Shown: positions 24,335-33,368 of the stretch, piece by piece
Position numbering within the stretch: position 1 is the stretch's first letter
How the letters are laid out: each line of letters opens with the position of its first letter
Origin: a virus
Virus record (IMG/VR): IMGVR_UViG_3300006098_000001
Direction: 5' to 3' (one strand)
Length of the DNA: 64,000 bases
Position numbers and translations under genes: made by a program
The notes under the pieces: generated by a model
The model's input: only the letters and a program-made list of their open reading frames with translations
Databases searched by the model: none
Told to the model about the DNA's origin: nothing

Positions 24335-24920
24335 TAACTAGTTCCTCCTTAGAAATTTTCTTAAATTGTAATTGTTGTTTTTCAGGATCTGTATACGAGA
24401 TCAGTATTACTCCATCATTTAACTCTTCAAAGTTAAATTCCATTTCATCATCTAATCCAGCTTCTTTGCGGATAACATCAAAATTGGGAGCAATACTAAT
24501 GTAGGCTGCATCAATATCCACCTTGATAATTTCTCCATCATTATCAGAAATCTTTTTCTGCTCATCCTTTAAAAGTGAAACTAGCGCACTACTAAATTCT
24601 TCAAGGCTTAATTGGTTACCTTTTTGTTTACTGCTAGATCCACGATCTGTAGCTTCATTTAAAGGTGACGTACTTGTACTTTTTTGTTCGTCACGATCTC
24701 TTCCTTCAATTCTTGAGAATCCCGCTCGAATAACTTCAAAGCCAGCCTCTTGCAATGCTTGGACTAATTTTTGGTATCTATCTTCTGCAATAGCACTCAA
24801 GAGCTCATTATCGTTATCAACACCTAAATAGGCTTTAATACCAGGAATAGCTTCTGGAGTAAGAATTTTAGTCAAATCTAATCCAACTTGTATGTCATAC
24901 TTGTGTGTAAAATTACTCAT
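24321..24920 (-). CDS. hypothetical protein
   Basis: ORF track. Confidence 0.55.
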   Translation of the reverse strand: MSNFTHKYDIQVGLDLTKILTPEAIPGIKAYLGVDNDNELLSAIAEDRYQKLVQALQEAGFEVIRAGFSRIEGRDRDEQKSTSTSPLNEATDRGSSSKQKGNQLSLEEFSSALVSLLKDEQKKISDNDGEIIKVDIDAAYISIAPNFDVIRKEAGLDDEMEFNFEELNDGVILISYTDPEKQQLQFKKISKEELVNAKG

Positions 24921-25506
24921 GAATCAATTCCCACCATTCATTTAATTGCCGATACGTATCTTGGAGTGAACCCGAGTTATCAATAACATAAATTTCACTG
25001 AATGGATATGGTGCATTTAATTGTGTAACGAAACGTTTAGGGAATTGTTCACGGCCATATTCTTGTAAGAAATCCATTTGTCGTTCAATATTCTTTCCTA
25101 AATCTTCTTCGTTATAACCACCATCCCGATCTTTCAGTCTCTTTTTTGCGACTTCTGGGTCGGTATAAACATACAAGGGCTTAAAACCCTTTTCGATGCA
25201 GTAATGTGAATATTCTAATAATTTGCGAATATCTGGGATTATTAACGGTGTATCAATACTGCCATATTTTTCGTCAAGTAGATTAATCCACGCTTCATGA
25301 CCGAAAATACTTCTGATACTTTCTCCCAAATCTTGCAGGTGATGACGCTGTACCTTGTCCCCGGCAAATTGCTCAGCTAATTCATGAATAGGTTCTCCTA
25401 ATGCGTGTTTAACAGCACGGCCGTTAAACAAATTATCTTTAATATAATTTGCCACTGTATCTTTACCTGCACCACCACTAGAACCCATAATGGCTATATT
25501 TAAGAT
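24913..25506 (-). CDS. dNMP kinase-like P-loop protein; probable ATC start (track start ATG 25488)
   Basis: P-loop GSSGGAGKDT. In-frame ATC 7 nt after GGAGG would add LNIAI, the beta strand normally preceding a P-loop. Confidence 0.6.
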   Translation of the reverse strand: MLNIAIMGSSGGAGKDTVANYIKDNLFNGRAVKHALGEPIHELAEQFAGDKVQRHHLQDLGESIRSIFGHEAWINLLDEKYGSIDTPLIIPDIRKLLEYSHYCIEKGFKPLYVYTDPEVAKKRLKDRDGGYNEEDLGKNIERQMDFLQEYGREQFPKRFVTQLNAPYPFSEIYVIDNSGSLQDTYRQLNEWWELIHE

Positions 25507-25532
25507 AGATATTCCTCCTTTTGATATATATT

Positions 25533-25552
25533 AGTATTTTTGTTGTGATTAA
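25533..25552 (-). promoter_or_regulatory. copy of conserved phage intergenic motif
   Basis: AGTATTTTTGTTGTGATTAA, just upstream of the RBS of the dNMP kinase gene. Confidence 0.45.
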
Positions 25553-25583
25553 TAATGCTCAGTTATCATATCAAAAAAGATAT

Positions 25584-25620
25584 AAGCAAGTCATAAAATT
25601 GCATCTACCGGTAACGTTTT
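25584..25620 (-). repeat. conserved element AAAAACGTTACCGGTAGATGCA + hairpin (copy 1 of 3)
   Basis: Reverse complement matches 46797-46835 and 47865-47903. Hairpin GCAA/TTGC. Confidence 0.6.
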
Positions 25621-25638
25621 TTTGAAGAAACTAAAAAA

Positions 25639-25670
25639 AGCAGTAGTTACACTGCAAAATAACTACTGCT
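25639..25670 (-). terminator. intrinsic terminator of the recombinase gene
   Basis: 11-bp stem AGCAGTAGTTA/TAACTACTGCT followed on the minus strand by T7. Overlaps the stop codon. Confidence 0.7.
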
Positions 25671-26931
25671 TGATTTTCATTAAGTTTTCTCTATCGTGAT
25701 AGTACATAAGTCCACGATGCCAAATTGAGTTTGCGAATTTTTGAGAAGAAATAGCTTCTTTAATCTTATCTTCTGGATAGTCGCCAACCTCACCAAATAC
25801 CTCTACAATCTCAGTCACCACGTCAGATTGATGTTCTGGTTGTAAAGTACCATATTTGGCTATCAATCTACGATTAACCAGGTCAATTATACCAGATATT
25901 CTTAATTTATTAGCGCTAACCTTTGAATCCTTACCATACACAGTTTTCCACGCCTCATTAAGTCTCTTGTTAAGAGTCCAATGTCCAAGTGGAGTTTCTT
26001 CACTACTTAAAAATTTTAATTTACGAAATAGGTAAGAGTCTTGTGTTACAGGTATAAAGTATTTGTCAGTTTGAGGACTGGCCCCTCCTCCATTCTTCAC
26101 CTTAACTTCCTTTATCCCTAAATTTATCCACTCCATTTCTTTTGGAGTAAACTTAACTATTCTATCACCATATTTACCATGGACAGTTAATTCATTTCCG
26201 TTAAAGTCTTTTAGTTTAATGCGAGCAATTTCGCTATCTTCCGTTTCTCTAGCAAGATATATACCTTTAAATAGAAATAGAGCAATTAAGTTTTCTGGAC
26301 TTGGCGATTCCGGCATAAAATTGTCCATAAGCTCATTATAGGTAATTAATTGTAATTTTCTAGGCTTCCATTTATGCGAGTGTAAAGCCCAATTATCTTC
26401 GATCGCTATTTTCTTGTCGTTATATTTTGATAACAGGTCATTAATTGATCGCACTAAAGTACGACAATAGCCCAATTTATTATTGACCGTCTTTTCGTTC
26501 AGTTGCTTCTCTTCAAGTAAATATTTGCGAAATTCTTTTATCTGAGCTTTATTGAATTCCCAAAATGGAATGTTATACTTTTTTTCGATTGTTTCTACAT
26601 CGGTCAACGCAGCATTAGCACCTGCCGCACTTATTTCGTTATGCCGTTCTGCATAGTAATACCATGATAATTGTTTTATGTTATTCCCAATCTCATATTT
26701 AGGATTAAAAGACCTATATTTTTCAATTCGATATGTTCGGAGTTGAAGGTATTTATTTAACTTATCATTCATAAAGTTATTAAAAAACACATGGAATATA
26801 ATTTCAACCTGTTCTGAATTATATTCCACTGACAATAACAATTCACTAATTTCTTTCTGATCTTTCTCCCCTAGATCATTAATTATCTCATTAAGATTAC
26901 CGATTCTGTCTAATATTATCTTATTTTCCAT
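25663..26931 (-). CDS. tyrosine recombinase-like protein (divergent, 422 aa)
   Basis: Core-binding-like segment KTVNNKLGYCRTLV. C-terminal LARE...ANKLRISG...MYYH resembles degenerate R..H/K-R..Y boxes. Confidence 0.5.
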   Translation of the reverse strand: MENKIILDRIGNLNEIINDLGEKDQKEISELLLSVEYNSEQVEIIFHVFFNNFMNDKLNKYLQLRTYRIEKYRSFNPKYEIGNNIKQLSWYYYAERHNEISAAGANAALTDVETIEKKYNIPFWEFNKAQIKEFRKYLLEEKQLNEKTVNNKLGYCRTLVRSINDLLSKYNDKKIAIEDNWALHSHKWKPRKLQLITYNELMDNFMPESPSPENLIALFLFKGIYLARETEDSEIARIKLKDFNGNELTVHGKYGDRIVKFTPKEMEWINLGIKEVKVKNGGGASPQTDKYFIPVTQDSYLFRKLKFLSSEETPLGHWTLNKRLNEAWKTVYGKDSKVSANKLRISGIIDLVNRRLIAKYGTLQPEHQSDVVTEIVEVFGEVGDYPEDKIKEAISSQKFANSIWHRGLMYYHDRENLMKIKQ

Positions 26932-27097
26932 GTTCTTCCCCTATATGCCTGTCCTAATTAATCTAAACAATTGTATTATACCTTTAGTTATAGCTTAAAT
27001 CCATACATCAAATACAATTGTGTTGTTATATTAACACTTTCTTATATTATAGCAAGCAGAATAGGCTATTAATTTACCCCAACCAGATATTAGTGAA

Positions 27098-28138
27098 TTA
27101 TTTTAGTACTTTGTGCTCCTTACCAGTACGATAAACTGTATTTTCTATTTCTGGACGTGAGTGAATTAACATTAATAATTGTTCTTTTGAGAGCTTATCA
27201 ATTTCTGTGTAATCATAATTGGTTGTTAGCATTGCTGCTCCAGTCATTGTTGGGTCTTGTTGTGAATGGATATATTTTTCTGTGTTCACGATACTCTCGT
27301 GATCTAGGAAATCTTTTACTAACATAATATCTTTAGTTTGGTAATAAAGAGTAGTGGCAGCTCCTGCACGCAATGAGTGTGGTGTTAATTGGTGATTTAT
27401 TTTCTTACTAAATTCTCTAAGCGCATTCTTTAATGTTTCATGCGAAAGAGAGTTAAATACGAATTCATTTTTATCTCCGTTAAACAATTTTTCTTTTAAC
27501 TTATTGTAATAACTCAATTCAAGATATTTAGTATTTAATTTTTTCCCTTTATCAATAACGTCTAATCGTGCAAAACGTGTTCCATCATGTGCAATGACGA
27601 ATTGAAAATCTTCCCATTTGATCGAAAATATCGCTGAAACACGGACGCCTGTTCTAAACATAAAATCTACTAATAACGCATATTTTATTCCTAACGTTTC
27701 ATCGGGATCATTACGATATCTTCTCTCTTTTAAAAATTCTTTTAATTGTTCTAACTCTTCACGAGAAATTGCCTCATGGTGCTTAACGTCATTTGTCTTT
27801 AATGATTTATTTGTTAAAACGTAATTATTTAAATCGTCAATATTTACACTTTTATAAATTCCCTCCTTCTTAATCATTTTCATAAGTGAACGAACTGCTA
27901 TCAAGTGACCTTTAATCGTTGAATCCTTAATGTCTTTTTCTCGTAAAGGTGCAATAAATTTATTTAATACATCACTGAACCGAAGATGATTTAGGTCATA
28001 TTCGCTAATCTCAACTGGCTCTTTATTAAACACCATTTTGCTGAAAAGCGTTACTGATGTTTTGTAATTGTGAATTGTATTAGCTGTAGCCAACGAATTA
28101 ATCCAAGTTAAGTATACTTCGTGCATTTCTCTTTCCAT
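27098..28138 (-). CDS. tyrosine recombinase (XerC/D/integrase family)
   Basis: FRTGVRVSAIFSIKWEDF (box I Arg); TPHSLRAGAAT; LDHESIVNTEKYIH (box II with catalytic Tyr). Start moved to MEREMH (GGAGG 7 nt upstream). Confidence 0.85.
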   Translation of the reverse strand: MEREMHEVYLTWINSLATANTIHNYKTSVTLFSKMVFNKEPVEISEYDLNHLRFSDVLNKFIAPLREKDIKDSTIKGHLIAVRSLMKMIKKEGIYKSVNIDDLNNYVLTNKSLKTNDVKHHEAISREELEQLKEFLKERRYRNDPDETLGIKYALLVDFMFRTGVRVSAIFSIKWEDFQFVIAHDGTRFARLDVIDKGKKLNTKYLELSYYNKLKEKLFNGDKNEFVFNSLSHETLKNALREFSKKINHQLTPHSLRAGAATTLYYQTKDIMLVKDFLDHESIVNTEKYIHSQQDPTMTGAAMLTTNYDYTEIDKLSKEQLLMLIHSRPEIENTVYRTGKEHKVLK

Positions 28139-28166
28139 TGTAATTCCTCCATATCTCCTATAACAC

Positions 28167-28182
28167 AATGCGGATTTTATAA
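28167..28182. repeat. left arm of a perfect 16-bp inverted repeat
   Basis: AATGCGGATTTTATAA; reverse complement at 28353-28368. Confidence 0.85.
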
Positions 28183-28290
28183 ATCAATACTAAAAACAGA
28201 TAATTTTTATAGCACCTACAAATAAGTCAATTTCGAGCATTTAATTTTACTTACTCTTAAATAAATGATATAAAAGCTATAATAAAAAAA

Positions 28291-28313
28291 CGGAGCCATT
28301 TAATACAGCTCCG
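28291..28313. terminator. bidirectional intrinsic terminator
   Basis: CGGAGC-(11 nt)-GCTCCG flanked by A7 and T6. Confidence 0.7.
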
Positions 28314-28352
28314 TTTTTTCAATATCAAGTGTATAAATATTTTAATTAAATA

Positions 28353-28368
28353 TTATAAAATCCGCATT
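28353..28368. repeat. right arm of a perfect 16-bp inverted repeat
   Basis: TTATAAAATCCGCATT. Confidence 0.85.
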
Positions 28369-28382
28369 TTATTTCGTTTTTC

Positions 28383-28910
28383 TTACCATTGAAATTTATA
28401 TTGTTGTGGTGACAGTTGATACGTGTAAGTCTCAACTATATTTCTATCCTTGTCGATTACATAATCTACTGTAAAATTATTCGGATCATCACCATTGATT
28501 TTGCACCACTTAGGCCCATTCTGACCATCAAGTTTTATTTTATCTCCAGATTTCGTATGTTTTATTTTCATCCATCCTTCTTTTACTGGATAAAAGTCAC
28601 TGTCGTCACTTTGCTTTTTATTATAGCCATTTTTGCTAGATAGCATATTGTTGTAATCTTTCTTTTCATTAGAGTTTAGTTTTGACTCGTCTATATTGTT
28701 ATTCCCATCTACTTCAGCAACAAATTGACGATAACCAGTTCCTTTTCCGTTAAATAAAATGACAATACGTCGATTTTCTGATTTCGGACTACTACGTAAG
28801 TAGATTTTTCCTGCTAAGTCCTTATTAGACATAGCATGAACATCATTAGGAATAATAACTATCCCAATTGCCACTAAAAATGCAATAATAATTCCAAAAT
28901 ATTTTTTCAT
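28383..28910 (-). CDS. secreted protein (signal peptide)
   Basis: MKKYFGIIIAFLVAIGIVIIPNDVHA signal-like N-terminus. Confidence 0.6.
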   Translation of the reverse strand: MKKYFGIIIAFLVAIGIVIIPNDVHAMSNKDLAGKIYLRSSPKSENRRIVILFNGKGTGYRQFVAEVDGNNNIDESKLNSNEKKDYNNMLSSKNGYNKKQSDDSDFYPVKEGWMKIKHTKSGDKIKLDGQNGPKWCKINGDDPNNFTVDYVIDKDRNIVETYTYQLSPQQYKFQW

Positions 28911-28933
28911 AGTAAATTTTCTCCTGTCGCTAA

Positions 28934-29593
28934 CTATAGGTCTTGAAGTTCTTCTACATGGTCAGCTACTTTTTGGTCCAATTCATTATGCTTATCCATA
29001 AAGTCATCGTAGCTTCCACTAATATTCGTAGCATGGTTAGCAAAATGTTTTGCGTCTAAATAAGCATTATGAATTTTCTCTTTGTCTGAATCGTCAACAG
29101 AATCATTTTTCTGAATCTTCTGGTCTAAGTCATGAAGATCGCTAAGTTTACTATCAACATCATCAATCTCATCAGTATGATTATTTTGAATAGTATCAAT
29201 TGTAGAATCTACATCAAAATCATCGTCAGAATTTTCTATAGCATCATTCCATTCGTTACCTTCTTTGGAAGATAATTGTTCTACCTTGTGACCAAGTGCA
29301 AAGTATTGAGTAGCAAATTCTTCTTTATCATCTTTGTAATTTGATTTGTTTTTCTTCTGTTGTTGGGCTGTTTCTGCCTGCTCTTCCGCTTCATCGGCAC
29401 TATTTTGAGCCATTCCACCGAAAATAAATGTACATACAACTACTACACACGTAATGATAAATTTCTTTTTGCTTTTCTTAAACTGATCGCTCTCTTTATC
29501 TTTTCTTTGTTTAAACCACTTAACACCGTAGACTATTGCAACAATAAATGAGACTAAAAACGCCAATTCTAATAAGCCAGCTAAAGTTTCCAT
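28934..29593 (-). CDS. membrane-anchored acidic protein
   Basis: Two N-terminal hydrophobic helices; Asp/Glu-rich remainder. Confidence 0.6.
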   Translation of the reverse strand: METLAGLLELAFLVSFIVAIVYGVKWFKQRKDKESDQFKKSKKKFIITCVVVVCTFIFGGMAQNSADEAEEQAETAQQQKKNKSNYKDDKEEFATQYFALGHKVEQLSSKEGNEWNDAIENSDDDFDVDSTIDTIQNNHTDEIDDVDSKLSDLHDLDQKIQKNDSVDDSDKEKIHNAYLDAKHFANHATNISGSYDDFMDKHNELDQKVADHVEELQDL

Positions 29594-29710
29594 AATATAA
29601 ATATCCTCCTAATTACACAAAAATGGTCAATCAGCGTAGCTAATTGCGTCGATTGACCATTTAGTTTTAAAACTCCTTTATTTTACCAAAAATTTCTTTC
29701 GCTGAAAACG

Positions 29711-30058
29711 CTATATACAAAAGTCATTAATTACTTTACTAAGTTGTCTTTTAACCTTGTTGAAATCTTCTAGTCGTAATTTATCCATTGGTAAAGAACG
29801 CACTCTTTCACGAGAATAACAATGTATTTGTGTTGCATTTACTCGACCATATATATTTGCATAGCCCTGTAAATTAACGTAACCATTAAAATAAGTTCCA
29901 CCAGAAGTGATTGGTGCTACCATAAGATAATTTGTATTGCGATTATATCGATCGTTAGAAATAATTACCGCTGGATGAATACCTTCCATCTCAGTATCTA
30001 TAGCCGGACTAAAGTCTAAATAGATAATATCTCCCTGTTTATACTGTACTTTACTCAT
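29711..30058 (-). CDS. MazF/PemK-family endoribonuclease toxin
   Basis: GDIIYLDFSPAIDTEMEGIHPAVIISND...MVAPITSG. Start set at MSKVQ (GGAG 7 nt upstream). Confidence 0.8.
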   Translation of the reverse strand: MSKVQYKQGDIIYLDFSPAIDTEMEGIHPAVIISNDRYNRNTNYLMVAPITSGGTYFNGYVNLQGYANIYGRVNATQIHCYSRERVRSLPMDKLRLEDFNKVKRQLSKVINDFCI

Positions 30059-30108
30059 AATTTTCTCCATTCTACATTGTAAAAATGTCATTTTAACGAC
30101 TGCTTATT

Positions 30109-30252
30109 CTAAAAAGAGGATCGCCTAGAATGACGACCCCCTTTTTGGTTGATTTTATTTTTCTTTCCAATTTTTGGAGGAAAATTTCCTTCCCACCAAT
30201 CAATACAAATTGCTATTAAGAAACAAATTCCGATAATAATTAAATGTGTCAT
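30109..30252 (-). CDS. small membrane protein (47 aa)
   Basis: Own translation MTHLIIIGICFLIAICIDWWEGNFPPKIGKKNKINQKGGRHSRRSSF. Confidence 0.35.
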   Translation of the reverse strand: MTHLIIIGICFLIAICIDWWEGNFPPKIGKKNKINQKGGRHSRRSSF

Positions 30253-30260
30253 ACATTCTC

Positions 30261-30626
30261 CTATAATTTCATATATCCTCTAGAAACAGTTAGATCAGCT
30301 AATTTAATACTAAAATTATCAAAATAATCTCGATCATTAATACTTAAATCAGAATATGGAGTACTATCAAGCCCACCAAATGATAATTTTGAAATAATAT
30401 CTTTAGTAATTTCCACGCGTGTATTATTTTTATCCCAGCCAGCAGCAATATTCTCTAACCAATCATCATTTAATTCGTAAGCACGAACTCCACCTTCGGG
30501 AGCAATAACGCAAAGAAAATTTTTTCCAACATTACTATTCAAAATTTTCCCAGTTACGCCCATATAGCCACATAGGTTACTAAAAATCTCTACTGCATCA
30601 TCAATTAATGTTCTATGTTTCCACAT
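30261..30626 (-). CDS. hypothetical protein
   Basis: ORF track. Confidence 0.55.
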   Translation of the reverse strand: MWKHRTLIDDAVEIFSNLCGYMGVTGKILNSNVGKNFLCVIAPEGGVRAYELNDDWLENIAAGWDKNNTRVEITKDIISKLSFGGLDSTPYSDLSINDRDYFDNFSIKLADLTVSRGYMKL

Positions 30627-30895
30627 AATTTTCTCCTCCTACATAAATAAATCTGCAATTGCTACCAATAAGCACGTTAACAATAATCCGACCTTTACAA
30701 AATTAAAGGCAAAGCCTAATTCTTCACCGATCCGATTAATTAAATTCATAATATATTTCCTCCTAAATAATAAAGACTTCATTTGAATGCTGCCTAGTTT
30801 CCTCACTAAACATAATTCAAATGAAGTCTTTTAACTTCTATTAAAATTTCTTTTGCAAAAAACGTTTTATAAAGAAAGACCACCGTTGATATAAA

Positions 30896-31309
30896 TTAGT
30901 GGTGGTCTTGCTCTTTGATTCGACTTGAATGTTCTTTTAAGAACTTTGCTACTTTAAGCATAATTTCTTCGGTATCATCCTGTGTAGTAATACCAAGCAT
31001 TAAAGCTATACCCTCATCCTTAGTAACTTTGAGATGATAATCATTTTTCATTAAGAACAGCTTTGTAGCAACGTAAGCTGTTCTTTTATTTCCATCAGAA
31101 AATATATGCTTTTTTGTAATCTTCTGCATTACATACGCGGCTTTAACCCAAATTGTTGGGTATAATTCCGCACCAAAAACAACCATCTGTGGCTGTTCAA
31201 CTACTAAACTTAAACCTTCCGGGTATTGTAGCCCATAAACTCCTTCACCCGCTTTTCTAATCACTTGTTTATTTACAGCTAAAATTTCTTTTTCTGTTAA
31301 ATATTCCAT
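30896..31309 (-). CDS. doc: Doc (death-on-curing) Fic-fold toxin
   Basis: Fic/Doc motif HIFSDGNKRTAYV; 137 aa. Confidence 0.85.
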   Translation of the reverse strand: MEYLTEKEILAVNKQVIRKAGEGVYGLQYPEGLSLVVEQPQMVVFGAELYPTIWVKAAYVMQKITKKHIFSDGNKRTAYVATKLFLMKNDYHLKVTKDEGIALMLGITTQDDTEEIMLKVAKFLKEHSSRIKEQDHH

Positions 31310-31310
31310 A

Positions 31311-31556
31311 CTACAAATCCTTGAGAGCGTCTATTAAATCGGAGTCTTCATCGAAAATTTTATCTATCATTTTCTGTGTATCTTTACTTATACTTTCTTT
31401 CTTTTTAAATGTTATTACTCGACCATCGGAAGAAATATCTTTTTCATATTCGTCACCTGGTTGAGCGTGCATTTTTTCTTTGTCACTCTTGGTCAATCGT
31501 AAACCAAATGAATTTCCAGACTTAAAAAATTTTGAATTTTCATGAATTTCTTGCAT
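31311..31556 (-). CDS. AbrB/SpoVT-type antitoxin (Phd functional analogue)
   Basis: FKSGNSFGLRLTKSD swapped-hairpin motif. Lies directly upstream of doc with a 1-nt gap. Confidence 0.7.
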   Translation of the reverse strand: MQEIHENSKFFKSGNSFGLRLTKSDKEKMHAQPGDEYEKDISSDGRVITFKKKESISKDTQKMIDKIFDEDSDLIDALKDL

Positions 31557-31640
31557 AATATCACCTCGTAATTACATTATAGCATATTAGTGATTACAAT
31601 TTCTCCAATTCTTACTTTTGTAAAAGACGTGTTTTATAAG

Positions 31641-31958
31641 TTAAGCGATTTCTTCCCAAGTGGACCAATCATCGTAGTAATCAACAATTCCGTCAACGTA
31701 ATTGTCGATTTCCTTATCTTCACCGCCGTTTTCCCAATAATTATCAAATTGTTCTTCAGTCCAATTTAAGTCATACATATAATAATCAATAGCGGAGTCG
31801 TACACTACCCCTGATAAACCAGTGTGAGCGATAACAAGTTCTTTTTCTTCTTTACCACGTTGCATTGTCAAAATGGCCTCGCCATAAGTTGTTTCCACAA
31901 GACTCACTAATTCGGTTTTTGCATTATCTGTTAAAATTTTCATAATAATTTCCTCCAA
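31641..31958 (-). CDS. small acidic protein
   Basis: ORF track; Asp/Glu/Tyr/Trp-rich. Confidence 0.55.
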   Translation of the reverse strand: MEEIIMKILTDNAKTELVSLVETTYGEAILTMQRGKEEKELVIAHTGLSGVVYDSAIDYYMYDLNWTEEQFDNYWENGGEDKEIDNYVDGIVDYYDDWSTWEEIA

Positions 31959-31984
31959 TTCTTACCTTTTCTAAAATATCTGTT

Positions 31985-32287
31985 TTATAAATCAATCCAA
32001 ATTTCATTCATATCTTCGTCGTAGAATAACGCTTGCCATTTATCGGCGTTTCCTTCAAAATCAACTAGCCAAACAATTGAGTCATGTTCTGCGCTTAATT
32101 GATCCAAAAATTCATCGGTTGCATACTTTGTTTCTAAAACCCGAAAAATTTCGTCTAGTTCCGAGTTAGTAATTAAATTTTCTGTACTATTACCAATGCT
32201 GTACCAGCCTTCTGTAAGATAGGTAACATTTAATTCATCTAGTCGTGCTAATGCGTCTTTTGCTGTTAAAATTTCCATTTTATTCAC
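31985..32287 (-). CDS. small acidic protein
   Basis: ORF track. Confidence 0.55.
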   Translation of the reverse strand: MNKMEILTAKDALARLDELNVTYLTEGWYSIGNSTENLITNSELDEIFRVLETKYATDEFLDQLSAEHDSIVWLVDFEGNADKWQALFYDEDMNEIWIDL

Positions 32288-32466
32288 TCTCCTAAAATTT
32301 CTTTTTCTTTTAACTGTTCTACTTTGTACCCAACATTTTCTAATGCTTCAATTGCCTCGGATAATGTCATTTCTATACCAATTCCAAATGACTCTCCCCA
32401 TTTAATTAACTCTTGTTCATTAACTCGTTCACGAAATCCGTCGTGAGTGTCAATTAAAAATCTCAC
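32284..32466 (-). CDS. small hypothetical protein (start revised to GTG)
   Basis: The track ORF overlaps the upstream gene by 74 nt. GTG at 32466 has GGAGATG 8 nt upstream. Confidence 0.4.
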   Translation of the reverse strand: MRFLIDTHDGFRERVNEQELIKWGESFGIGIEMTLSEAIEALENVGYKVEQLKEKEILGE

Positions 32467-32491
32467 TCTAAAATCATCTCCAAATTTTCTT

Positions 32492-33304
32492 TTAGTGCAA
32501 ACGAATAGGGCAAACCAAACCAAGCCCACCATTTTCTCGTGAAATTGTGAATGGACGGTAAGCATTTTGGTAGAATCTAAATGTTAGATTTTCTCGACTA
32601 CTAAGATGTTGTAAACGTTGCTTTAATTTTTTCATGTTGAAATTAATTTCAAACTCACCTTCTACTTCTACATTAGTGACTGCGAGTGGGAACTCTAAAT
32701 CTTTTCTCCCATCAAAGTATTCAAGTTTTACTACATTACCTTTTACCAAAAGTGCTCCTACATCAGACTTTTTTACTATTTCTTTCAACACTGGAAAAAT
32801 TTCTTTTTGTTGTACATCAAACTTAACGGTTGCATCATTAAGATATGGTGTAACTCGTACTAAATCTGGATAACCAAACACACTTATATTTCCTCGGCTG
32901 TCATCAATAAATTCTTCACCACCGCCAACGATTGAAATAATTCCCTTGTACTTTCCATCATTAAATTGAGGGTAAACTCCCAATGTCTTCCCGTATTTCG
33001 TCGGTGTCTTAGATAAATTCTTTGCAAACTTACCATCAATTAAAAATTCTTTACCAACTAACTCAGATGGAATACTTGCTGCCACGTGTGAACGTTCTAA
33101 TACATGGCTATCTGTTGCTTCTAAGATCAAGTTATTTTCTGTAATCCGAACATGAACAAATGTAAGGTTAGGACGATGGTCAGATGGCTTAGCAACAGCA
33201 GTCGCCACTTGACGTAACTTTTGTAAAAATTCTTTTGCGTTTACAAAAATACCGTTATCTTTATTAATAGTTGCTACATTGTTTAATAGTGTTTGTGTAT
33301 TCAT
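32492..33304 (-). CDS. sliding-clamp-like (DnaN-like) protein
   Basis: N-terminus FVNAKEFLQKLRQVATAV...RPNLTFVHVRITENNLILEATDSHVLE resembles the DnaN domain I pattern; 270 aa. Confidence 0.4.
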   Translation of the reverse strand: MNTQTLLNNVATINKDNGIFVNAKEFLQKLRQVATAVAKPSDHRPNLTFVHVRITENNLILEATDSHVLERSHVAASIPSELVGKEFLIDGKFAKNLSKTPTKYGKTLGVYPQFNDGKYKGIISIVGGGEEFIDDSRGNISVFGYPDLVRVTPYLNDATVKFDVQQKEIFPVLKEIVKKSDVGALLVKGNVVKLEYFDGRKDLEFPLAVTNVEVEGEFEINFNMKKLKQRLQHLSSRENLTFRFYQNAYRPFTISRENGGLGLVCPIRLH

Positions 33305-33368
33305 GATAATTACCTCTTAATAGTGAATTTATTTTTAATAGTGTATTTGTTATGAGAATTTCTTTTGA

